Assembly (NCBI GenBank): GCA_028826165.1
Contig: JAPDFW010000092.1
Coordinates: 868,001-932,000 of the forward strand
Source: Anaeramoeba ignava BMAN
Lineage: Eukaryota; Protista; Anaeramoebae
DNA length: 64,000 bases
Direction: 5' to 3'
The position numbers were made by a program, and so were the translations under genes. How positions within the stretch are numbered: the stretch's first letter is position 1; each line of letters starts with the position of its first letter. The notes under the pieces were generated by a model. That model was not told where the DNA came from and ran no database searches. It saw nothing but the letters and a program-made list of their open reading frames with translations. Positions 47,983-61,000 of this stretch are shown here, in pieces.

Positions 47983-50900
47983 TTATTTGAGATTCACATT
48001 CGAATTAGGCAAATTATTTTTTCTCCACTTTACCAAATTAGGATTTCTTGATAAAGTAAGAAGAACCAAAAAGCGACTTTTAACTTTTTGATGAAGAATA
48101 AATTCAGGTTTTGGTTCAATTTGATCTTCAATTTGGTCGATTTGTTCATCAGGAATTTTCTTACAACAACCAACAGATCTTTTAGCAAGTTGAAGCCTTT
48201 TTTTGTTTTTATCCTTAAGAATACGAGTAAACATGTTTCCAAAAGTAAAACGAATAGGATTATTATGGATGTGGTCCATATAGATCATTCCGACATATGA
48301 TCTGAAGGCTCTTTTGAGGAACCTGATGTTATGAAGGGTGTCGAGATCAACTCTGACATAATGGAACAGCGTGTAGTATAAGACTCTAAATACTCTTGCG
48401 GATGCAAAAGCGACGCCATAGAAGAAATTCAAGATTGTCCAAATAAATTCCGCACTTGCGAACCATTTGGGTTGAACAACGGAATTCCTGCGAACAAAAA
48501 CAGCCATCATGATCTCCCAGATCCGGAGCAAGAAAAACCCAACCATGAATATATAAAAGAACCACTTGAACAAGAACCAAATGATATCGAAAAACGGAAA
48601 GTAAAGAAGAGTCGAAACGATCGATGCTGTGATCAGCCAAAGAACCACGAATCCGTACGTAAAATGCGCCGCTGCTAACCCCGCAAATGAGGTAGCCCTT
48701 CCGGTGTTGGGTCTGTGCTTGCCGAACCTTACTCCTTGTCTCATCCACATGATTCTGCGGCGATAAAGTCGGAAAATCAACCACCAGATGAACAACATGA
48801 CCAAAAATAAAACAATTGCGCAGAACCTTCCCGAGAACTTCATAATGTTGATGAGTCGGGTAATCTGGCTCTCTGACACCCTGAAGAGATTCGACACCGA
48901 GTCGGGCACGCTTTTGATCTTCGCAGGATTCAGCGAGCTTGATCGGGTCACGGTGTAAAGTATGGATTCGTTGATCAACTGAATGATGTAATCCAATTTG
49001 TTTTGATAACTATATATATCATCCCGCCATTTCTTCAAATAGAACACAAACCACTCGATCAGAAGAAACGCGCCTGCCACGAAGTAAATGAGCAGCAGGA
49101 TGGATAAGCTCAAGGCAAGAAGCAAACGTTGTGGATAGAAGAATGAACACGATGGTTCAAATTTGTGATGTTGTGTTTTTTCTCGCGGCGCTAACCATGT
49201 CACAAGTCGCGATCGTGTGCTCAGCAGCATGTCTCCGAGCGATGCAAGCATCCCTTTCTGGACGCTTTTCTCGTCTTTCGGTTTGAAATTGTCTCGAGTT
49301 CTTTTCACTTTATTCCCTAAATTATCAAGTTCAATTTCCGATTCCGTTTCTATTTCCGAATCGAAGATGTCAACTTCCCCGATCTGGTTCGCAAACATTG
49401 CGTCCTCGTCCTTCTTGAAAAGATGCTTGACAAACTTGATATATGCGATTGTTTTGCGGTCGTGGAATTGCCATTTTCTTTTCATGAAAATGCCGAGAAT
49501 AGCGTTGATCCCAAACAAAAGAGCAAGAACATTAATGCAAATGATGAACAACGAAGTTACAAGTTGCAAGTACGGATTATCTCCGTCTTGATCCTGCTTG
49601 AAAGACAGTTTCTCAAGCGCCACATATCCGAAAAATTCTGGGACGCCGCATGCAAGAAATCCGATAACCAAAAAAATGTTTGCAGTTTTTGCTTCATTGA
49701 AAAAGAACAACGGAATAAGAGCAAGCACTGTAAGTGCAATGATTGTTTTCCATTTTCCAATGTATGAAAACGACGGTTGTGTTAATCCAATTACTGCAAA
49801 GTTGCTTTCATTAATAGAATGTATTCCATCACATACAAATATCAATTGGCAATCTCCTCCATTTCCTGATACTATCAAATCCGTGAACTGATATTCTCCG
49901 TTAGAATCAGTTTTTGTATTGTCTTCGTATGTTATAGACCCTCCTAAACATGACCCATTAAATTCAACACTGATTGTCTTGTTTGCTAATCCAGTGCCGT
50001 TTATTGATACAGCTTTGACTTTTGGTTGTTGTGGAAAAGGTTCTCCTGTTTTTGTCTTTTTTATTTTAAATCAAAATTAAATCAAAATCAAAATAAAATT
50101 AAATTCAAATTAAATCAAAATTAAATATTCAAATAAAATAAAAATATTCAAATTAAATCAAAATTAAAATAAAATTAAATTAAAATATTCAAATCAAAAT
50201 TAAATCAAAATAAATATTAAATTAAAAATAAAAATATTCAAATTAAATCAAAATTAAAATAAAATACTTACTTTTTTGGAAGGTGTTATCAATACATTAA
50301 CACCAACTACATCATTCGTTAAATTCACATGAATTCCTGTTGGTGTAATTTTATCATCAGCTTTGAATTTTACACAATAAAATCCTGATATTCCTGCTGT
50401 AAATTTCAATAGATTAAATACAGCAGTTCCCATACTTGATTCTGTTCCATAATATTGAAAAAGTAAAACAAAATTATTTGATTTTGTAATTTGAGTAGAA
50501 TGATATGGATCTAATTGTACAAAAGTATCATCTGGAACAGTTGCATTACTAGCACAAGCCATCTCTGAATTGTCAGAATGATACTGTTTTTTTTTTAATT
50601 TAAAAATAAATTATTATATTTAAATTTAAATTTAAATTTAAATACTGAAAATTATTTTTATTTTTATTTTTATTTTGATAATAATTTATTTACTCCTGAA
50701 ACAAATGCTGTTACTGATTTTCCATTCAATTCAGATTTTGTATAAATTTTTACAACTACTTCATACGATTCTGGAATATATTCACCAACAGTTGCATTAA
50801 CACTTGTTTGATTTTCATATTCAACAATATCAATATAAGCAGCTTTATCACTTAGTTCTACATAAAACAAAGTTGAACTACAAAATATTTAAATAATTTA

Positions 50901-53900
50901 ATTAATAATAAAATAAATAAATAAAATAAATAAATAAATATTCAAATAAAATAAATTAATAAATAATATTTAAATAATTTAATTAATTTAATTAATATTA
51001 TTCAAATAATTTAATTAATAATAAAATTACGCATTAACACCTCCAATAGAGGCAACAAAACTATATTTTCCAGTAACACAACCCTCATGTAATAAAATCC
51101 AAATATAACATTGGCCTTGATCATCTGTACTAAAATATTGCCAACTCCAAGAGCAATAAATGAATCCAGGAGGTTTATCAACCAAAGTAACATCTGGAGC
51201 AAGCCCTGATATATAACTGCCAAGAAGAGTTTCAGTTTGAAGAATTGCAGCAGATTCACTGTATGATTCAATAGTAAGATAAGATGAAATATCCGATAAA
51301 GCAGTCACATTAGTGATATAATTTTGCATACAAATTTTAGGAGTTAAACCTGAATAAATTTCATAACTTTCTCCTTCAGCAAAAACAAAATAAAGTTGGA
51401 AACAAGGATCTGGTGATTCAAATTCAACAATCATGAAATCATAAAAATACATTAACCCAGAATAGGTATATTCATATGAATAACAATCTTTATCAGGTGA
51501 TGTATCAGTGTGTTCATCTCCACAATAAAATGTAATTGTATATTCATCTTCATCTAATCCTTCAACATATGTTTTTAGTTTGACTCGCTGCAAATCCATA
51601 TAATTAGATGATTCATCTATAAGTGCAAGTATTGGAAAATAATCAAATTCTCGATTTAAAGTTGGTGTTCCAATATATGGAATTTGGACATAAGTAAGGG
51701 AGGATGCTATTTCGATATTTAAATTAAAATATTTAAATTAAAATATTTAATTTGAAATAATTAAATTAAAATATTTTTTATTTTGAAATATTTATTTTTA
51801 TTTTAAAATTATTTACCAACATTTGAAATTTGAAGATTATGATAACCTTCAAATCCTTCCATAAATATCCCATCAACCATAAAAAAATATTTGTAAATTC
51901 CAGGTTGATAAAAAATGAAGTTATCAAATTCAACAGTTCCTTTTTATTTTGAATAATAAAAATAATTCAAATAATTTGTTTTGATTAGAAACACATTATT
52001 TATCAAAGAAAATTTTTTTGTTAAAATTTGAAATAAAATAAACCATTATCATCAGTTTTATCAGATGTTTGAAATCCAAAAAATTGTCTTTCATTTGTGA
52101 TTCTATTTTCAACTAGATTTGCAGAACCACCTGATGTTAAAAAAGCAGATAAAGTCATATAAGAAACAAAAGTAGGATAATAATAAACGTAGAAAATAGC
52201 AGTTTTATTAGCAACAGGATTTGAATATTGATCTAATGCTCGAATCTAAGAATATAATTGATTTAAATTAAAAATAAAAATCAAAAATTAAAATTAAAAT
52301 TAAAAATTATCACTTTGAAATTCCCATTTGTGAAAAAATTTGTTGCTTTGGATTGAAGTGGAGCTTGTAATAATTCCATTTTTGTAACAGGAGTTCTAAT
52401 ATCAATTTTAATATCTTTTGAATAACATATATAATGACGATCATAAACACCAGATAAAACAAAACTTCCAGTAATATTATATCTAAATAATAAAATTAAA
52501 TAAGAAAATTAAATAAGAAAATTAAATAAGAAATAATTTACCCTTCAATAATCAAGTTATCTAAAACAGCAATTCCACTTGAATTTGTTGTAACATAAAG
52601 CCAATAAGGGAAAATTGTCATTAGAAGATTTGAAGGAGTTGAAAAAAGAATGTATATATCATTATTAGGTAAAGGTCTTCTTGCAAAATCAAGAACTCTA
52701 ACTGTTATTGGCGCAATATTCTTTCCAGATTCAATAGATGTTGGAATTTCTGATAAAATTTCACATGTCGACATGTATCAACGTATACTGTTGATGATTG
52801 AAAAACTGTCAAACTCAAATTAACACCAAGATCTATTGCCAAATCATCAATAGTAATTTCAATTCTAAATTCATTTGTTCCATTTGCTGCAGATCTAGCA
52901 AGAATTTCAGTGCTACAAATTCCATCAAAACTAATTTGAATTTTAATTTTAATTTTAATTTTAATTTTAATTTTAATTTTTAATTTTAATTTTAATTTAA
53001 ATTTGAATTTTAATTTAATTTTTATTTTTAATTTTTAATTTTAATTTTAATTTTAATTTTAATTTTAATTTTAATTTTAATTTTAATTTTAATTTTAATT
53101 TTAATTTTAATTTTAATTTTTAATTTAATTTTAATTTTAATTTTTAATTTAAATTTAATTTTAATTTTAATTTTAATTTTAATTTTAATTTTAATTTAAA
53201 TTTTAATTTTAATTTTAATTTTGAATTTTAATTTTAAATTTAATTTTAATTTTATTATAATTTTAAATTTTAATTTTAATTTTAATTTTAATTTTTAATT
53301 TTAATTTTAATTTTAATTTTAATTTTAATTTTAATTTTAATTTTGATTTTAATTTTTAATTTTAATTTTAATTTTAATTTTGATTTTAATTTTAAATTTT
53401 AATTTTAATTTTAATTTTAATTTTAATTTTAATTTAAAATACTCTGAAACTGTATCAATTGTTTGAATAACAACAACGGAATCATTTTGATCATAAGTAT
53501 TAATAGTTCTAAAATGAGGAACTTTTCCAGAAACTGGATTATCTTGAGAATCTAAAACACGAATTTGTAAAGAAGGATGCATCAAACCAGGTTGAGTTAC
53601 ATTATCACTATTAGGTGGCCATTCTTCATCAGGATCAAATAAGAAATCAAAAACAAATGTATCTCCTAAAATTTTAATATGATCCACTTTTGATTTCACA
53701 TAAATTAAGTTTGTTTCACTTGAAGATACTCCATCACAAACAAATGTAATTCCAAATGGTTTGCTTTGATTTGTACTTCCATCCATTGAAAATGCAAGAT
53801 TTTGAAATGTTGCTCTAATTATTTATTTAAATTAAATATTTATTTGAATTAAATATTTTTATGAATTAAATATTTATTTGAATTAAATATTTATTTGAAT

Positions 53901-56900
53901 TAATTATTTATTTGAATTAATTATTTATTTGAATTAAATATTTATTTAAATTAAATATTTATTTGAATTAAATAATTATTTGTAAATTAATTATTTATTT
54001 GAATTAAATGTTTATTTGAATTAATTATTTATTTGAATTAAATAATTATTTATAAATTAAATATTTATTTGAATTAAATAATTATTTATGAATTAATTAT
54101 TTATAAATTAAATATTTATTTGAATTAATTATTTGAATTAAATATTTGAATTAAATATTTGAATTAAATATTTATTTGAATTAAATATTTATTTGAATTA
54201 ATTGTTTATTTGAATTAAATATTTATTTGAATTAAATATTTGAATTAATTATTTATTTGAATTAATTATTTTTTTGAATTAAATATTTATTTGAATTAAA
54301 TATTTTTATGAATTAAATATTTATTTGAATTAAATATTTTTTTGAATTAAATATTTTTTTGAATTAATTATTTGAATTAAATATTTTTACCTTCCATTTG
54401 AATCTGTTTCTGTACTAATTGCATTGATTAAATGTTTTGTTTCTTCTTCTGGTAAATCAGAAATAAAATATGGAAGAGTTGAATTTAATTGAGTTGATAT
54501 CATTGCAATAACCCTTTTTCCTGCAATTCCAAATCCTATTTATAAAAAAATTAAATCATTTATTAAATATTGATTTTATTTTTCTTTTTTAAAAAAAATA
54601 TATATTTATGATTTTTACCATTTGAATCAAGAACTTCAACAACTGGTTGAGTTTCGAATGCTTCATCCTCAGAAATATTTGTTGGATAGGGTTGTGTGAT
54701 AATATTAACAGAATCAACTAAAATATTTCAAAATTAAATAAAAATATTATTAAAATAAAATCAAAATATTTCAAAATAAAATCAAAATATTATTAAATTT
54801 AAATCAAAATATTATTAAATTTAAATCATAATATTATTAAATTTAAATCAAAATATTATTAAATTTAAATCAAAATATTATTAAATTTAAATCAAAAATA
54901 TTAAATTTAAATCAAAATATTATTAAATTTAAATCATAATATTATTAAATTTAAATCAAAATATTATTAAATTTAAATCATAATATTTTTAAATTTAAAT
55001 CATAATATTATTAAATTTAAATCAAAATATTATTAAATTTAAATCAAAATATTATTAAATTTAAATCAAAAATATTATTAAATTTAAATCAAAATATTAT
55101 TAAATTTAAATCAAAATATTTTTAAAATTAAATCAAAATATTATTAAATTTAAATCAAATATTATTAAATTTAAATCAAACTATTATTAAATTTAAATCA
55201 TAATATTATTAAATTTAAATCAAAATATTATTAAATTTAAATCAAAATATTATTAAATTTAAATCATAATATTATTAAATTTAAATCATAATATTTTTAA
55301 ATTTAAATAAAAATATTATTAAATTTAAATCAAAATATTATTAAATTTAAATCAAACCATTTGTTAATATTTTTGTTGATTGATAAAAATTATCTTCAGA
55401 ATAAACCCAATTCATTAAATTTCCTTCACATGCAACTTGGAAAAATAGTTTTTTTGTATTTGTTGCTGTTACATTAATGTCAATAGTAATAATACCATCA
55501 TCATCAGAAGGTCCAAGTATTTCTTTTCCCATTAAATCTTAAATAAAATCAAAATAAAATAAAATTAAATAAATTTTTTTGTTATTTTTTTTAAAAAAAA
55601 TAATTGAAATTAATACAAAATCTTTGATTCATAAAATCACCAAAAATTTCCAAATCATTTAAAGCAAAAATTCTTAAATATTTTCCTGATAATAATTCAC
55701 CTGTAGTATCTTTAATTGTTGCATAAATTGGTTGATTAAGAAAAGATTCTCCGATTGTAATATTTTCTGGAGGATTTGAACTAAATTCGATTGAAGAAAC
55801 TAAAGTATTTTTTTTTTCAAAAATTAAATCAAAAATTTTAATATTTTTTTTTGATAATTTGAAAAAAAAATGATTTCTTTATTTCTAATTTATACCAGTT
55901 CCTTTAACTGTAATAAGTATTTCTATATCTGATAAAGTTCCGTTTGATTCAAAATATATAATATTTATTCCAGGATAAGCTGCAGCAAATGTTAAATTAT
56001 CAAAGTTAGCAACTCCTTCCTAAAAAAAATAAATATAAAATTAAATCAAATATAAAAATTAAATCAAATATAAATTAAATAAAATATAAAAATTAAATCA
56101 AATATAAAAATTAAATCAAATATAAAATTAAATCAAATATAAAATTTAAATCAAATATAAAATTTAAATCAAATATAAAATTTAAATCAAATATAAAATT
56201 TAAATCAAATATAAAAATTAAATCAAAATATAAAATTTAAATCAAATATAAAATTTAAATCAAATATAAAAATTAAATCAAAATATAAAAATTTAAATCA
56301 AATATAAAATTTAAATCAATTTTACTTCATTTGAATAAGAATAAGTAGTTCCAGAAAGAATAGGTTGATAAATTTTAAGTTGATTCATTGTTGTTAAAGC
56401 TACATCTTCTTCAATATATTCATCAGATAAAAGATCTTCTAAATAAACTGCTTCAAATCTTTTTGCCTGATTTGGATCATAATAATAAGCTTTTGCATTA
56501 ACTAAAACTCCTTCAACTCCTCTTTTTCCATCTTGTCCATAAACTTGAATCTTTTTGTTTAATTTTAATTTTAATTTTAATTTTAATTTTAATTTTGATT
56601 TTAATTTTAATTTTAATTTTGATTTTAATTTTAATTTTGATTTTGATTTTAATTTTTAATTTTGAATTTAATTTTGATTTTAATTTTAATTTTAATTTTG
56701 ATTTTAATTTTAATTTTAATTTTGATTTTAATTTTAATTTTGATTTTGATTTTGATTTAGATTTTGATTTTAATTTTAATTTTGATTTTGATTTTGATTT
56801 TGATTTTGATTTTGATTTTGATTTTGATTTTGATTTTGATTTTAATTTTAATTTTGATTTTAATTTTAATTTTAATTTTAATTTTAATTTTAATTTTAAT

Positions 56901-57865
56901 TTTGATTTTAATTTTAATTTTGATTTTGATTTTAATTTTAATTTTAATTTTGATTTTAATTTTGATTTTGATTTTGATTTTGATTTTGATTTTAATTTTA
57001 ATTTTAATTTTAATTTTTGATTTTAATTTTAATTTTAATTTTAATTTTAATTTAGATTTTGATTTTAATTTTAATTTTAATTTTAATTTAAATTTTAATT
57101 TTAATTTAGATTTTGATTTTAATTTTAATTTTAATTTTAATTTAGATTTTGATTTTGAATTTAATTTTGAATTTAATTTTAATTTTAATTTAAATTTTAA
57201 TTTTGATTTTAATTTTAATTTTGATTTACACTTGGTTGTGAACTAAGAGGAACACCAATAGTTGCGTCTGTAGAAGGAAGTTTAATAACTTCAACCTTTT
57301 TTAAGCAAAAAACAAACAAAGAAAAAAATTTTTTAATCAATTTCTTTATTTTGAATAAAATAAATAAATACTTTTGTTGGTTTGAAAGGAGCTGTTTCTA
57401 ATTTTTCTGGTCGATTCATAACTTCCCAAAATAATGTATATCCAGCAAAAGTAAAAACAGAAAGAAAAATAGTGATTGTTAACAATCTGCTTTTAACTCT
57501 ATCTCCAACTAAATCAAGAAGATACTATTTCCAAAATTTAATTCATTTTTAATTTTAATTTTAATTTTAGTTTTAATTCTTATTTTTAAATTAATTTAAA
57601 TTTGACTATTTCAAAAAAAAATAATTAAATTTTTTTGATTTTTAATAAATTTTAAATAAATTTTTAATAATGATCAAATTGTATTTGTTTTATTTTGTTT
57701 TATTATTTTTTAATTGAAAAATTTCTGTTTATTTTCTTATTTTGTTTTATTTTTTTATCTTATTTTGTTTTATTTTTTTTATATTATTTTATTATTTACA
57801 GGTGATCGAAGTTTCCCACAAGTTTTTGTTTGTTTATTATAAACAATTCCACAACACTTCCTCAT
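47983..57865 (-). CDS. Giant membrane protein (~1,900 aa, 18 exons): N-terminal TM anchor, ~10 Ig-like (Big/invasin-type) repeats, STRA6/RBP-receptor-like multipass C-terminal domain; one frameshift at ~52765
   Basis: Manual splicing from exon 1 (57800-57865, MRKCCG...) to exon 18 (47983-50055) through GT..AG introns. Repeat consensus V..I.I...P......G..F..QP.V.V.D..G....GK...TD.NG.A.F..L.F...F.CDG. C-terminus has FFYPQRLL, RVDL..L, Y.GM.Y.DH.HNNP...F and KSRFLVLLTLSRNPNL..WRK. Confidence 0.8.
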
Positions 57866-58055
57866 TTAACGAAAAAAAGAAAGTAAATTAAGAAAAAAAA
57901 AGAAAAAGAAAAAATGAAATTTTTTGGTTTATAAATTAAAAAAATAAATGAAATTTTTTTTTTAACTTTCTTTCTCTTTTTCTTTTATTTTTCTTTTATT
58001 ATTTTTTTTTATATCATTTAATAATTAATATTTTAGAATCAAAAAAAATGCTAAT

Positions 58056-61000
58056 TTAAAACCATAAACTACTTGGAAGAAGAGAATTTTCATACTCAAA
58101 AATAGAAGTATTTTGACGGAAAAATTCAAGTAAATCGGAAAAAAATTGATTTAATTTTTGTGTAACATTTTTTGTATTTGATTTGAAGATATGAAATTGA
58201 TTGTAGAAATTATCTAAAGATGGTGATTTAAGAATGTTATGCAAGAAAAAATTATGTTCATCATAAATTTCTTTTTGTGTGAAAATATTGATAATAGGTG
58301 ATAATTGAGAAAAGCAAAATGTTCTTTCCTGCTCTGAAGAAAATCCCAAAATAATTTGGCCTCGTTTTCCCAATTGATCTGCAATTTCAAATCTTATCAA
58401 AAACGGAAAATCACATACTAATTTTTCTGGTTTGAAATGGATCATTTTAAGCGAAAAAACATTATTGAGAGATATTTTGATTACATTCGGGTGTTTTTTC
58501 AATTTCTTCACAAGCTTGCGAGCCTCTGTCCTGTGAGGATCAGGAATATTTCTGGTCTTATTATCTATATTTTGTGGGGTGATTAAATAAGACTCGAGAA
58601 CTGCTTTGTTGACTTTAAACTGTTTCGACACAATAATAATGTGTGTTGAAGTTATAAATATCTGGGAAATGTTTTGTTCTTTCGATTCTATTTCTCCAAT
58701 GTCTTGGATCATGTTAGCATTCCAGATAAAAAGAAGATCATTAGAAAATTCAAATTTAATTTTTAAAAAAATCAATAAAGAATCAATCAATTCATTTTTT
58801 AAATCTCTATTTGCAAGAAAACGGTAATAAAGAAGAGCTGTAGAAAGTGCTCTGAAAAAAAACACTGGATTGTATTCAGCACTAAGATAGTATAAAAAGG
58901 ATACTGCAAATTGCAAAATTTCTGTTGACAAAATATTGATTTCTAAAGATTCAAAAAAAGATTTTTGAATTTGAAAAAGTCCATTTTGGATTGCTTCAGA
59001 AATTTCGTTTTTGGAATCGCAAAAGATTAATTGAATTTGAGAAATTGTTGCTTGACATTTTGAATAAAAAAATTTTGCATATAACTCTAATTGTGGGAAA
59101 AAGTGATCTGAATAAACAAAAACACTAAATAAAAAAAGAAATCAAATTAAAGAAAAAAAAAAATTTTTTTTTTCGTTATTTTTGTTCCACTTTTTTTTTT
59201 TCTTTTCTTTTAGGGTTATAAAATTACTGTTGAAAATGTGAGACTATTAATCTCAAATATTCCAATATTGTATTGTAAATCTCTTTTTTTGAATTGACTA
59301 AATGTTTTGAATTTAAAAATTTAAACAAGTTTTTTTCGTTTTGATCAACTTGATAAATTTGAAGTTTATCAGAAAATTCAAAGAACTCAAGAGCAGAAAA
59401 ACAAGCATCACCAATAATCATAGCAAATATTAATCTGATCAAAATCTCCTCTCGCGAAACAGAAAACTTTGATTTTTGAATAGAATCCGAATTTAAATTT
59501 GAGTTATTTTTAGCTTGATAAAAGATAATTTGATTTTCAAAAGTTCTGATAATTTCAGACATTAAAAAGTGGAAAGAATCTTGAGAGAAGAAAAGTTTCT
59601 GGATAATTTTGCCGAGTTCGTCCTTGAAGGAATTGAACTCAGAAAATTGCTGTTCAACTGGCATCAATAAAAGACAATTTATAGTTGAAACAATTAAAGA
59701 TAAAAAACTTGAAATACACGGAAAATTTGATAAAATGGAAACTTCCAAAACTCTTTTTGTTTTCCAAAGAGAATAGAGATTTGGATTTTTATGGATCACA
59801 TCGTTGATTTCCTTTATGGAATCGTAAAAAAGTTTTGCCTTTCTTGTTGCATCTTGTGGATCATTTAATTGAAGAAGATTTGCAATTGCAACAAGTATGG
59901 TTGAATAATCCGTTACTAAATACAACATTTGGCTCTTCGGAATATTCTCTTGATCCTGTTGGAACAAAACTTGGAAATGTTTCTTGAACATTTCAATTAA
60001 ATGAAAAGTGATTGTAATTCGATAAATAAATTTTTGTGAATTTTGAGAAATTAATTGATTTTTTTTCAATATTGAATATATTAGACTTCCAAGCCAGTTT
60101 GCAAATCTGAGTCGAAGAACAGTGTTCAATGGGTTTTGTTCTTCGATTATTGTTTCTAGTGTTTGATTTGCTTCCACAATATCAAATAAATGTGTATTTG
60201 TATCCATAACTGAAAAATTTGCTATTTTCAACATTGCAATTAAGAATGTAATATATTTATTTTCTGGGCTGAGTTTTATAGCTTTTCTTGAATATTCTAA
60301 TGCTTTTTTCACAACAAAAATATTTGGAGGTTCTTCTAAATTTAAAATCCATAAACAAATTGTTTCGATATAACAAATATAAAGTTTAATCAATTGATTT
60401 TCATTTTCAATTTGATTTTGATTTTCATTTTCAATTTGATTTTCATTTTCGTTTTCATTTTCATTTTCATTTTCATTTTCATTTTGATTTTGAATTTGAT
60501 TTTCAATTAAATTTTGATTTTGATTTTGATTTTGATTTTGATTTTCATTTTCAATTTGATTTTGATTTTGAATTTGAATTTGATTTTGATTTTGATTTTG
60601 ATTTTGATTTTGATTTTGATTTTGATTTTTAATTATATTTTGATTTTGATTTATATTTTGATTTTGATTTTGATTTTGATTTATATTTTGATTTTGATTT
60701 TGATTTTGATTTTGATTTTGATTTTGATTTTGATTTATATTTTGATTTTGATTTTGATTTTGATTTTGATTTTGATTTTCATATTGAATTTGATTTATAT
60801 TTTCAATTTGATTTTGATTTTGATTTTCATTTTGATTTTCATTTTGATTTTGATTTTGATTTTGATTTTCATTTTGATTTTCATTTTCATTTTCATTTTG
60901 ATTTTGATTTTGATTTTGATTTTGATTTTGATTTTGATTTTGATTTTGATTTTGATTTTGATTTTCATTTTGATTTTGATTTTCATTTTCATTTTCATTT

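Noticed and set aside
48290-49800. Horizontally acquired GC-rich island
   Set aside because: It is the interior of an exon contiguous with an 18-exon gene, and core genes such as Prp43 show the same GC rise.
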